A stretch of 64,000 nucleotides of DNA from Octopus vulgaris. Taxonomy: Eukaryota. The notes under the pieces are model-generated. The model was not told the DNA's origin, did no database searches, and saw only the letters and a program-made list of their open reading frames with translations. Positions within the stretch are counted from its first letter, which is position 1. Every line of letters begins with the position of its first letter. The stretch spans positions 88,474,001 to 88,538,000 of the forward strand of contig OX597821.1 of NCBI GenBank assembly GCA_951406725.2. The letters run 5' to 3'. Below are positions 24,456 through 37,573 of this stretch, one piece after another. Both the position numbers and the translations under genes were made by a program.

Positions 24456-25093
24456 ATGTTGATGTTTCACCAATACCATGACTAACAAAGCCATTAAAAG
24501 ATTAAAAGCCAAAGCAAAGGAGTGAAGTTCTAGCTAGAAATCTCTATATCGTTTAAATGTCCAAGTCTTCAATATCCAAGTGGATCAAAGGTATCAACAG
24601 AAGGGCCATAAGGAGTAATATTTTTTTCACAATACTACTAATTCCATTTATGAGTTGTTTTTAAACGCGCGATACGTATTTCCACCTCGGTACCCAGTAA
24701 GACCAGAGATTTAAAATGTCTCAGTCACAGAAAACACCTGTGTGAAGGATACGAGATTATTTAGGTGAATTTATCCTTTCAATACTATATGTGATCTAAG
24801 CATCTACATTCTGTTGTTAATTTTACAGAGCTTAAAGATTAAGTTTCTAAATTGCACTAAGAGCTGAGGATAAAAAAACTATTCTACATGCCATAATGTA
24901 AAATAAAATGTGAACATCTAAAGGCCCTTTCAAAAAATATAAACAAACATTCCCTGTATGTAAGTAACGCTACTCATTATTTTAATTCCTTGAATTTCTT
25001 CCTCAATAACACCTACAAACGATGTGTATGTATGTTCACATGTATGTATGTATGTATGTATGTATGTATGTATGTATGTATATGTGTTTATGT

Positions 25094-25640
25094 CAGGTCA
25101 CTTTCGAGTGCTACTGGTAACATGTAACCCAGTTCAACTCGTTGCATGGTCGGGTCGTCGGTGACTAAACATTCCGCAGGGTGTTTATTGGACACCCTGC
25201 GGAATGGAAAACAAAACCCGTCAAAGGTCGGAGGAACTCTTGAGAGTCAACGGCCATCCAATAAATGTGTTTTTTTTTTCTCTTAAAGGTTAAGGCTGTA
25301 TCATGCGCGGGGACATAGAAATAATCGGACTGAATACCCGATCACGCGGTTAAACCATTGGGAGTGAATGACTCCTAGCCTTTGTTAGGGCATCCTTCTA
25401 GGAGAAAGTAACACAGGTAACTGGGACAACTCCGACATAAAACCTGCGGCTCAGTGGTTACCGATGATGTTGACTTGTTCTTCTTTTCGTAATATGGCTA
25501 CTGTTGCTTAGCGAGTGGGATTGACTCAGTGCACAGCCTTTCCTCACTTTAAAAAAATCTTCTTGCACAGGCATTGCACGATAACAACATTGATTAGGCT
25601 TCGTGCAATGGCCATACTCGATAACGAGGAGGCAGCCACC
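25094..25640 (+). mobile_element. Structured non-autonomous retroposon-like element between (TATG)n tracts
   Basis: GC-richer island with a perfect 15-bp hairpin (25170-25206); motif AGGGCATCCTTCTAGGAGAAAG resembles RTE 5'-UTR sequence as I recall it; (TATG)n at both ends; no meaningful ORF. Confidence 0.55.
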
Positions 25641-25643
25641 ATG

Positions 25644-25677
<34 letters not shown>

Positions 25678-25732
25678 TTTATGTATGTATGCATGTGTGT
25701 ATTTACGCGTTATAAACACACACACACTATCG

Positions 25733-25766
<34 letters not shown>

Positions 25767-25769
25767 AAG

Positions 25770-25840
<71 letters not shown>

Positions 25841-25913
25841 AATAAAATATATGCATATATATAAACATATATGTACGTACCTACCTCTACATGTACATAT
25901 ACACGCATATATG

Positions 25914-26620
25914 TGTACAGGACACCAAAAAGACGTCGAACACATAGAGAGACGAAAAACATAGACACAAACCAAGGAACAAGACAGGCAAAAAAAGAGA
26001 GATACAGGACAATAAGCACAACGAAAAATCCCCTTCTTCAGTCGCTAAAGTTTCATCTACTAAACGTTTCGAAGGATAAAAGCGAGACGTATACTTCGAA
26101 GAAAAATTCCTTCCTGCGAAAAGCAAATCAATTAAAATTCTGAGATCTTTTCGCAGAGGGGTAAAAAAAGCAAGACGGTAACGACAGTACAAACATATAA
26201 ACAGTAAAAAATATATATATAAACAGTGGAAAAATAAATATATAACAGTGAGAGACAGGACAAGGAGAACAAGATAAGAAGGGCTGTTAACGCCAGACGA
26301 AAAAAGTATTGCAAACGCTGGATTATAGTGGACGACGAGAGAGGAAGATGTCGACCAGTAGCCTTAGAAGGCGGGCGAGAAAGGACAGGATAGCAGTTAC
26401 GACGGAAGTATCGTCGCAGATGGACGACGGGAATGGGGGGGAGGAGCAAGATGAAGAGAGAGAAGAAGGGGAATGGTGCGAGGAGACCATGAAGAACAGT
26501 GAGGGGGAGAGAGAGAGGAAGAGACAAGTTAAGTGAGGGAAAAAAAGACGAAAAAGGGAATGGGAGAGAAAGAAAGAAAGATGCAGAGTCGCGTGAGAGT
26601 TAATATCAAGGCGAACTTGA
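25914..26620 (-). mobile_element. Penelope-like pseudo-LTR / 3' region
   Basis: Collinear with 17388-17600; minus strand ATCCTTCGAAACGTTT...CTGAAGAAGGGGAT; pyrimidine-rich on minus; 3' end abuts a TA-rich tract. Confidence 0.6.
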
Positions 26621-26692
26621 TAAACAGAACAATCTTACTTAATAGGGTGCGTGCGTTTAGCTTATAGATTCATACACACTTACATATACATA

Positions 26693-27984
26693 TAGGGTGA
26701 TCCATAAAGAACGCCGAATTTGAATTAGGCGACACTTTTGTGTTTTGAAGTTTGAAGACATTGTTTTTATCATGCGTGCTATCTGTCTTCACTCGGATTA
26801 ATAGTTTTTTGTATGTTTTTCAAAATAGAGTGCAGTGTGTTATGGAACAGTTTACAATTGAGCAGCGCGTGAAAATATTTTACCAAAACGGAGAAAGTGT
26901 GACACAAACAGCTCGAACACGTCATACCATTTTAGGGAGGAAAAAAGCACCCAAAGAGACTACGGTTCACTGGCTAATGACGAAGTTTAACACAACTGGT
27001 TCCGTTGCAAGCGCGAAATCACCTGGGCGGAATCGTTCTCGTGGGACAGTGCAATAAATTGCTGTTGTGCGAGATATTGTCACTCTCAGTCCGGGAAAAT
27101 CGATTCACTGACGTTCGCAGCAGTTGGGCATCCCGGCCACATCATTACATCGAATTTTCCATAACGATCTTCATATGCATGCATACAATATTCAACGGGA
27201 TGCGGTGGAAATTTGCTGACTGGGTTGTGAAGAGACTTGCATCTGACGAAAATTTTGCAAAGAAAATTATCTTCAGTGACGAGGCCTATTTCCATTTGAG
27301 TAGATTTGTCAATAAACAGATTTTGGGAAATGAAAATCCTCAAATAATGCAAGAGCGTGAAATGCATCCACTGAAAGCGACTGTGTGGTGTGGCTTTTGG
27401 GCAGGTGGAGTGCTTGGTTCGTTCTTCTTTAAAAATGATGATGGGAATGCAATTATAATTCATGGAGAACGTTACCGGGACATAATATCCATTCAGTTAT
27501 GACCGAATCTAGAAGATACGGAGATTGGCAATCTCTGGTTTCAGCCAGATGGAGCTACCTGTCACACCTCGCGCCAAACGCATCCTTCACTCCACGAAAA
27601 ATTTCTGCAATGAGTGGATATCCTTGCAGGGTGACCACCAAAACCACTAAGGTCCTGTGATCTTACCCCTTGTGATTTCTTCTTATGGAGGTATGTGAAA
27701 TCACACGTGTACATCAAGGATCCACGTACAATTCCTGAACTCAAGACTAAATCAGGTGTGTGACTGGTGGCATCGGGACACAGATCTGTGAGAGAGTTAT
27801 CCGAAATTTCGAGGAGTGCATAAATGTATGCAGACTCAGTGCAGGTGGACATATGGCCGACATTGTGTTCCATACCTAAACAGGAGACATATCTCATTAG
27901 AAATATGCAGAATATAAGCATGTTTATAAGAATTCGTTTTAATTATTCACCTTTCAAATTCGGCACCCTTTATGGAACATCCTG
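26693..27984 (+). mobile_element. Full-length Tc1/mariner DNA transposon, DD41D (rosa-type), 1292 bp
   Basis: TA on both flanks; imperfect ~32-bp TIRs TAGGGTGATCCATAAAGAACGCCGAATTTGAA and TTCAAATTCGGCACCCTTTATGGAACATCCTG; internal transposase. Confidence 0.93.
26842..27870 (+). pseudogene. Inactivated DD41D transposase
   Basis: N-terminal HTH-like MEQFTIEQRVKIFYQNGESV...KFNTTGSV; IIFSDEAYF, WFQPDGATCH, RSCDLTPCDFFLW; 123 nt (41 codons) between D2 (27548-27550) and D3 (27674-27676); several stops and frameshifts. Confidence 0.92.
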
Positions 27985-29360
27985 TATAAGTAGAAGAGTG
28001 TGTGTATGTGTATTCGTGTGAAGTCTTCACCGTATTTAATCAACAATCTAGGACTTGCGATTAACTGAAGGTGGCATGTGTTGCCGGTGACCAATATAAA
28101 TGAGATCAGCATTGCTGAATGATCTTTTGACCATTGAATTCAACCAGGTATTTATTTTGCTTTGTGACTTTTGTATCTCTTCATTTTTAAGTACTGCTTT
28201 GCGGCATGAGTATTGCCTCCATCACTATCTGCCGATTTTTGTAGGAATATCTATAGAGTATAATACTTGCCATCTACTATGTTATCCCATCTTATTTCAT
28301 TCATTATGCTGTGTATTTTAGGTCTTTGAAATTTCTCTTCGTAAATGCATGGTGAAATTATGGAAGTGTGTCGTAGTTAGAACAGTTAGAATCCTAAAGG
28401 CTACAACTTACGCGTGTATTGTTGATTGTGGCCTATTCGCGAAACATGCGTATTTATGCTTTCAACTCTAGTTACTTTCTACTCTGTTATCTGCGATAAT
28501 TTTAGTTTGGTTTTATGCATTTTATCTTTTGTTTATTGAGGTATTCTATGATGAGCTGATTTACTTGACAGCTTGAATGCTTTAAACTTAATCTATGCCT
28601 ATTACCTATTTAATTATAATTTCGACGTAGAAGGGAAATAAATGTATATCAATCTTATATCTCACGGTGGGCAGAAAAATAATATGTTCTAGCAAGTTTT
28701 ATTACTATTCACCAGAGAATAGGAACATTCAGTTTATTTCCATGAATAAATTAAGTCACTTTCACGAATAAATTAATAACATATAATGTATATTATACCA
28801 AATACAAACAAAGGTCATCTAAAAAAGTTCAGCATAATTTCCATGCTTAAGCATTTGTTTACAATATACTTAATTTATCATTTTCGGTGAAAGCTGCGTA
28901 TTTTACATAAGATATCTTTAATGTAGATTCACCTACCTTTTTATAATTCTAAGGTAATTGCAAAGAAGTGTAAACATAATTTAATGTCTCATGTGGCTCA
29001 CAAATTTATTAGAATCGTTCTGTCCAGTAGTTTGTGACTGATGTAAATATTAGTAATAAGATAATAAGAAATACAAATAAATACATACTTAATGCTTAAA
29101 CGATAACGGTCAAAATATTTGGAGCAGAAATGTCGACAAAAATCACAACCGATGCTGCTTCTTAAAAAAAAAGAGACAGTATCACAACACTATTCACCTC
29201 ATACTGAATAAGTGAGCATGAAGTACTAGGTACATCGATGATGGATTTCGGAATTTCAATTTTGGAGAAAGAATTGAAAGGACGTCATGAAAATACAACA
29301 AAGTTTGGCAAAATAACAGTTTTTTCGAAATAATCTCGAAAAATATACAGACACACACAA

Positions 29361-29394
29361 TATCTGTCTATCTATCTGTCTGTCTTTCTATCGA

Positions 29395-29491
<97 letters not shown>

Positions 29492-29492
29492 A

Positions 29493-29549
<57 letters not shown>

Positions 29550-29625
29550 CAGTATATGTGTACGAACGAGTATGGTTTTGTATGTATGTATGTATGTACA
29601 TATATATATATGTGTGTGTGCGTGT
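29361..29625. repeat. (TATC)n(TA)n compound microsatellite
   Basis: Directly visible. Confidence 0.97.
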
Positions 29626-30548
29626 GCATGGATGCATGAATAATTATTCTCTGTTTAAAACTATTTTTCTGCTACCAGCTAAAAAGAAAAGCCATGCTCC
29701 AGGTGTAATTGTCCAGCTCTTGAGGATGGGTATTGTCGTGTGAAAACTTCACCCGAACATCTGAAGGCTAGAACCGTAGATTTTTTCCAGTCTCAATCTG
29801 CACTTTGTTATGCTGGGTGAAGATATAACGGGATTTTGCTTTCTTTTGGATGGAATCTTAAGATTTTTCGCAATTCTGGTTTTTGATTTTTTTCAGTATA
29901 TCGTCTCTTCTCTATTTCTATTTTGTTCTGCCTCCTTTCTCTCTTAATATCGACATGTGCAAGTTTTATAACATAGTTTCAACGAAAATAAAGAAAATAA
30001 AAATTGACTTTTAAAAAGTGCTTAAAAATGAATTTGGCTCACGATATAAAAGAAGAACAATTTTTCTTAGAAAATGAACTCAATACGAGGAAATTGACTA
30101 TCACTACGTGTTCCAGGGATTTCGATTTGAAGGGAAGCATTTGATCAATAACAAAATTGCTTCTCAGGTGCGTCTTAACTCAAATTAACACGAGGAGTGC
30201 TTTAATGCTGACAAATATGTGAAAGTTAGAGCAGATCCAAATATCTTAATAATACTCACTGCTTGCTATCAACTTTCTAAAGATGTTAAATAAAGTTCTT
30301 CACACAATATCCAACTTATTTTTTTTACTATAATTCTGCTTCCATTTTTATGGTTCCTCATTCACATTTCATTGGTCGTAAAAAGTAAATGTGCCATAGG
30401 AGATCGAATGTTCACCACACCCGTATTGACAGAAATAGCATATAGACACTCCCTGGATTACTCCGATTACAAATATGTGGCATTTGTTGGGGTAATCCAA
30501 GAAGCTGTGCGGTGACACGCACACATATTTGTATCTATTTGTATAGAT

Positions 30549-30972
30549 AATGGTTTTAAACTTCGGCACAAGGCCAGCAATTTCGGAGTGGTAAGTCGAT
30601 TAAATCGTCCCCTGATCTCAACTAGTACTTATTTTATCGACCCAGAAAGAAAGACAAAGTTGATCTCGGGGGAATTTCATCTCAAGACGTAATGATGGAC
30701 GAAATACCGATAGGTATTTTGCTCGGTATGCTAACGGCTCTGCCAGCACACCACCTTTATTCGAATAGATATAAATTTTAAATTTTGGCACAGAACTTGC
30801 AAGTTCGGAGGATGGGAATAGTGGATTATATCTGCTCCAGTATTCAACCGGTACTTATTTCATCGACCTCGAAAGGATGAAATGCAAAGTCAACCTCTGC
30901 GGAAATCTGAACTCAGAAAGGCCGCTAATTAGTTTGCCCGATGTGCTAACTACTGGGCCAGCTCGCCGCCTT
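30549..30972 (-). mobile_element. Two adjacent diverged SINE-B copies, tail type 2 (about 30549-30758 and 30772-30972)
   Basis: Each shows GGCACA...GTACTTATTT.ATCGACC...AAAGT...GGAA, then GCCAGC near the head, on the plus strand. Confidence 0.85.
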
Positions 30973-31642
30973 CACTCCGTTGGATATGAAAATATGCAAA
31001 TACATGTTTTAAGAATCAGAAAAAGAAAAACAAGAAAATATAACATAAATAGCTTCATCCGCAAGCTTTGAAAAGAGAAATTAATTTTACGTTTCTGAAA
31101 ATATATAAAGATGTATATACAAAACACAGTGTGATGCCTTTCTCATACGTTGTTTGCTAAAAGGCCATTCTATAAAGACGGCATATGAAGTAGAGTGTAA
31201 CATAAAATTGAGTGGAATTGTATATAATATGGTGAAATAAAACTGTCATACAGCTGGACGGATGCAATAAATATGATATCTATAGGAAACAAGGAATCCC
31301 TGCAGATGAAATAAATTGATTTTGAGTTTTGTTTCTTTTCCTAGAAAGAAATATCATTTAAAATATTGAAATAGTTTTCTTTTAGCACGAGTTTGCGACT
31401 TCTAATTATATAGGAGTGTGTAAGCCATTCACCTGTAGCGACGGTAGACAGATAGAAAAATAAGTAGACTGATCTGCCTCGCTCTCTGACTCATTCTTTT
31501 TCAGGTGGCGCCCATCTCACTTTTTCCCCCATATTCCTAAATATTTAGTTTTGTCGTTTTTCTCCTTTTATTTGATGAAGCCTCTGGATTATGGTCTTGC
31601 TTAAACACGAGCATGAAGCAAGGATATGTACTGGCATTGGTG

Positions 31643-31722
31643 ACTGTCTGTCTATCTATCTATATGTCTATCTATCTGTCTACCTATCTGTCTGTCTGTC
31701 TGTCTGTCTGTCTGCCTGCCTG

Positions 31723-31785
<63 letters not shown>

Positions 31786-31887
31786 GTATGTATGTCTGTC
31801 TGTCTGTATTTCCCTTTCTCCATATCTATACATCTATCTTTCTTCTCTATATCTATCTACCCTTCCATCTCTCTCTCTCTCTCTCTC

Positions 31888-31955
<68 letters not shown>

Positions 31956-32030
31956 ACAATCTACATGTTTGCTTGTCTATCTATCTATCTTTCTATCTAT
32001 TCCTATGTAAATGTTTTTGGATATATATAT
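31643..32030. repeat. (TCTG)n/(TATC)n/(TC)n/(TA)n compound microsatellite
   Basis: Directly visible. Confidence 0.97.
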
Positions 32031-32512
32031 AAGCTTAAAAGCTAGTTCTAAAATCTTTCTATGAGATCATCGCAGTAGTTGTACTAGCAAGTAATATTCT
32101 TAGCCACTTCAACATGACTTTACTGCGATATTTTTAATCCCGATATAATGTGAGAAGGTTAACGAACTCTTACGACTTTCTAGCGACTGTGTGTCGTTCG
32201 AATTTATATATATATTCCGAACGGAGGCAAGCTACTGCCATCTCTAGCAGAGGAGGTGTCCAATACTGAAGAGAGTCAGAAACAGTCCGAAACCAGACCG
32301 GCATGTTGGTCTCGTAGCTAAAATGCGGCAGGGTTCGTTCCCTTATTCACATTATGTCGGTTACAGCTGTGCACCGTTAACCAGCTAGAGGAGATGTCCT
32401 TTTGGGGTTAAAAAAATAGCAGGAAATATATATATATATTCTAATATTACTCGTTACCATCGTAACGATAATGGGCTGTTATCTTAGTATATCTTAGTAA
32501 TAGTATACTATT

Positions 32513-32642
32513 ACAACAAACAGATGTAAAAGTATAACGCTCGGGAAGTGAAAAAGTCTTTAACGTTTCGAGCCAACGCTCTTCCACGGGAAGGAACACA
32601 GAAAGAAACGAGGAGAGAAAATAAAGAATGTGTAGTGGCTAG
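32513..32642 (-). mobile_element. Second copy of the PLE-type fragment seen at 22027-22213
   Basis: Shared AACAAACAGATGTA, GTATAACGCTC, ACGTTTCGA, ACGCTCTT, ACACAGAAA and ATGTGTAGTGGCT in the same order. Confidence 0.75.
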
Positions 32643-32691
32643 CGGCATATATAATTATATGTGTGAGTGTGTGTGTGTGTGTGTATGTATG

Positions 32692-32860
32692 TAGGTGGTG
32701 TAGATGACTGGTAAGGAGTATCTTTCCCAACCACATGCTACCAGGTTAAGCCCAACTGCTTGGCATTCTGGGCAGGTGTTTTCTAAAATAGCCTCGGATT
32801 GACCCAATCCCTGTAAGTGAATTCAGGAGAGAATGTCTGAAAAAATCCCGCCGTGTGTGT
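32692..32860 (+). mobile_element. Old diverged SINE-A 5' half
   Basis: TGGTAAG...CCAACCACATG...TGGGCAGGTGTTTTCTAAAATAGCCTCGG matches the 5' half of 58485-58650; ends in (TG)n(TA)n. Confidence 0.75.
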
Positions 32861-32901
32861 GTGTGCGTGTGTGTGTCGTGTATATATATATATATAATAT
32901 A

Positions 32902-33024
<123 letters not shown>

Positions 33025-34052
33025 TTGAAGCGAAAATCAACAGAAATATCTCAGTGTATATGATCAGCAAAAACAGATGAGGGTTTATTAAATGACATAA
33101 AAGATAAATTCTTAGTTCACTGACAGTAATACGTCTTCCAGAGAGGTAGATCATAAGTTCTGGGTTCTAACTGGCATAAACGAATGAGAGAGATATTCTC
33201 AAGAATCAATAAATTTTTCAAAATCGACATGTCATTAACGAAAAAAACACCCGTATTATTTGAAGACAGATGTGAGCACATGTTTCTACCTTTGTAGTCA
33301 TTCTCAGCACAGCAATTATCCTGCATTATCTCCAGGAGAGAAAATCAATAAAATACTAACAGAAACGAATAAAATACACTTATGGTTTATGAAAATGAGG
33401 GAAGCGAAATAATTCAGATTTATTATTTTAAGGAAATCTAGTCCGCTAAACTCAATACAGTGTAAAACATTTATCTACATCAGTGAATCTTGTAGATAGT
33501 AACCTCGGTTTCTAGAACTAGTGGTAATATCCCTTAGAAATGACACATGTTAACTGAAACGATGCTTTATACATATTTCGTGAAATCAAGAAAAGAAAAT
33601 TCTCAATGAAAGGATGTTAGAAGCCTCGGACTATTTCAACTAGTTTGGCCTGCGTTGAAACGTTAAAAGCAACAACGTAGAAGATGGCGATGCAGACGAC
33701 AACGACGACGACAACGGCGACAAAACATCCAACGGAAAGGGATGAAAATTGAAAATTAAATGATAAATGAAATTGAAATCAAAACTTTTGAGATATATAA
33801 TTGAATTTTACGTCGTGGCTAAATAAATAAATAAAAAGAAAACTTATTTAACTTCATGCATCTTAAAATGGCTGAAAAAAAAATAAAATCGTAAAATAGA
33901 AGACAGCAGTCTTCGAACAGTATCAATGGTGTCTCAGTAATCTGAAAAATGCGAGATTCTCTTCGAAGTTTTAAAAAAGAAATATATTCCAACTTTAATT
34001 AATAGTAACAATGGAAAATAATCTATATCCAATATTAAAATATATTTGATGA

Positions 34053-34053
<1 letters not shown>

Positions 34054-34083
<30 letters not shown>

Positions 34084-34404
34084 TGTATGTATGTATGTAT
34101 GTATGTATGTATGTATGCATGTATGCATGTATGCATGTATGCATGTATGCATGTATGTATGAATGTATGTAGGTAGGTGTGCATGCATGTATATATAAGT
34201 TTGTATGTTGTGTATGTATATGCATATATTTACATAATGAATATAATATACTACATCTAAGGTGTATACATACACACATATGCACACACAGAGAAGCAAA
34301 CACACACATATATGTATATATATATATTTGTATATATATATATATATTTGTATTTGCCAGAATATGTATACATATATATGTATGTATATATATATCATAT
34401 ACAT

Positions 34405-34501
<97 letters not shown>

Positions 34502-34766
34502 CACACACACACACATATATATACGCACATATTAAATACTGATATAGATGAATTCTTACAAAAAATTATAGGTGTCATAGGTAATCTATATTTTGACATC
34601 ATATATATATATATTATATATACATATGTACACACACATACACACACACACATATACATATATATATATATGTATGCATATAAATATGTGTGCTTGTGTA
34701 TTCACATATATGCATGTGTTTGTGTGTTTGTGTGTGTATGTATATATACCTGCATGTATGTATGTA
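34054..34766. repeat. Large compound (TATG)n/(TATGCATG)n/(TA)n/(CA)n block
   Basis: Directly visible; source of the 241-aa and 178-aa low-complexity ORFs. Confidence 0.95.
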
Positions 34767-36099
34767 AGTATCAAAACTTATTAAAACTGGTAAGCTAAGT
34801 CAGTAATGGAGGCACAAAACAACACATGCATATGTAGAAGATTCGATTTTTGATTAATGTACGTTGGTGTACATCATGACTTTAGAATCTATTAAAGTAA
34901 GAGTACTTTTTGTTAGTTTCGTGTCACCTTTTAACACGCATAGCCATCCCCCCCCCACACACACACACATACAAAAAACCCCAACACAACAAACAAAATA
35001 GAAATAAGACTTCAATTTAATAATAAAAATGCGGGATATAATCTTGGTTTAATACGTTTTGAAACCGGGATTTTAACCAGAATATGTATGTTCATTATCT
35101 AGGTGTTTATTTTATGTGTTTATACATACATATATACATTTTCTGTATGCTTATGTTATGTTTTTATACATACATACATCTATATATTCATACGCATATA
35201 TACCCATAGACACCATATATATATATACACATTATAATAAATATAAAAATAAATAATAATAATAATAATAATAATAAATATAAGAGAATGGTCACTATGT
35301 GGCTCATTCTAGCACTAGAAAATCCAAAAGGTTTCAACCACAAAAATACATGTTTCCTATGAAAGTATCTAATTCTCTCACCCTTATTAATTAATTATAC
35401 ACATTATATATACTTATCTGTGCACGCTTATTGATATTTAAGTATAGTTTTAATTTCCACTTGATTTATATTTTCCATACACTTATGTAAATTTAGGATC
35501 CCCTTGTACTTGACTGCTTCTATTTGTTTATTATTTGTGAACGGAAATTAAGTTTTATTGGCCCCTACTCATGGGATGATTTCTTTGTTTTCACAACAGA
35601 CATGCTAACCTACATTATTCTTGCTTAATTTTCCGGGATCATTATTTCAATTGATTTTAAATACAGTCCTGACTTATAAAAACGTTTAAGAGTTCTTAGT
35701 ATATTATGGTTGCGTAACAAAAAATGGTGTCTCTACATGTCATCAATGTTTTAACTGAATTAATGAAGGATTTACTTTCACACGAAATTATTAGTGGTTC
35801 TACGATATATCCTGCTATGAGTGGACTATTTTTGTGGAATATGTTTGTAGATTATGCCTTACTGAGTAGGTCCAATAATGTCGAAACTTTTCCTCACCTC
35901 AAGGCATCACTCACAACAATTTCGATTGATTGTAATTTCGTGAGATCCCTTACGTGTCTATTTTGAGATTTATTTTTCTTTCACGCTTATCAATGTCTTA
36001 CTGCGTTGATGGCTTCAACTGCTTAAAATCTGCTTCCTATTGCGCCTTAAAGAATGTTAACCCAATCTTAACTATTTTTCTAAGTTAAACATTATTTAA

Positions 36100-36525
36100 A
36101 CATTTTCCCAATTTAGGCTTTGAACATTTTGTAAAACGTAGTCTTAAAGTTGTCAAACATTTGTGAAGATGGGCTTATATTCGTCAAATATTTTCTGAAG
36201 ATTGTCTAAAAGTTGACGAACATTTCGAGAAAGAATAGGCTTATAACTGTCAAAAATTTTGCAGAGGTGACTTCTAGTTGACATCATTTTGCAAAGGTGG
36301 GCTTGTAATTGTCAACATTTTCGAGAAGTGGGCTTTTGCTCGTCAAACATTTTGCGGCGTTGGGCTTATGGTTGTCAAACATTTTCGGAATGTGGGCTTA
36401 TGGTTGTCAAACATTTTGCTTAGGTGGGCTTAAGATGACAACATTTTGCGAATGTGGGCTTAAGAGGACAACATTTTGCGAATGTGGGCTTAAGAGGACA
36501 ACATTTTGCTTAGGTGGGCTTAAAG
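36100..36525. repeat. Minisatellite, about 14 units of mostly 30-34 bp
   Basis: Units resemble ACATTTTGCGAATGTGGGCTTAAGAGGACA; 36441-36470 and 36471-36500 are identical; units decay leftwards. Confidence 0.92.
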
Positions 36526-37573
36526 TTATTTATTTTAAGCTTTAGTTCGTAAATGTTATATAACTTTATCAATTCAGTAATGATGAAAGGTCAATGTTGA
36601 CAAAAGTGGGATTTGAATTCAGAACCTTTCGTGACACCCTTAAAGTCAGGAACTTTTCTGCATACTATCGCATAATTGACATGGTCGATAAAATGTGCAC
36701 TAACCAAGTAGTAACCTCAATTTGAATTACTCTTATTACAGACTTCTTGCAAAATGTTTTGGACATCTACTTATTTCGAAATATTATTATCACTATTGAG
36801 AATAAATCCCATCGGTTTTGATATTCGAGAAATTACCAGACAATTATTTGTTATGGAGTGGGTTTTGAATTGATTAAATTCAATGTTCTATTTTAAATAT
36901 TATATTACATTACAAATATATTTGTAATTTACAATTTGCATAATGCTATAAGACACGCATCGCTATATAAATCTCTGTTGGTTTTCTATTGTGACATAGG
37001 AATTTGTAATGAAATAAATTAGTAGTCTTGCAGTGTATGAAATATATAGAATAACAAACATTACTTAGTATTTACTTCGTTTGCTTTCAACTGAAGCTGA
37101 TATGACACATATTTTGGTGGAATTTTATATACGTACACAGAAGGCAACACCTCACCTTGAAACGATTTCAATGATAATATATCTAACAGCTACCACACAC
37201 TTCTCTCTTCTCTTTCTCGCGCATATTATATATATATATATATATAAATATTTATATATATATATATGATACTTGAGCGTCTATATCACTCATATATTGT
37301 TGTTGTAAATATATATATATATATATAAATATATATATATATGCATCCAAGCATGCAAAATATAAACAACACTTATTAGACCATGTGAATAAAGCAAACA
37401 AGGAATTTAATAACTGAAATATGAGAGCACAGCTATGTTGTTACATATTAAAATGTGCATCAATTAGACGTCTATAAGTATGAGGAGGTTGTGTAGCTAT
37501 CATTTACGTCTAGAAAATTATGGAAATATAAATTTATTTAAATATGAGGCAAAAGTACATGAAACCTGTATAT

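Noticed and set aside
29690-29800. Minus-strand HDNTHP resembling mariner HDNARPH
   Set aside because: A single short motif with no other transposase motifs or TIRs that I could find.
36100-36525. CRISPR-like periodicity of about 30 bp
   Set aside because: Contiguous tandem units without unique spacers, no cas genes, eukaryotic context.
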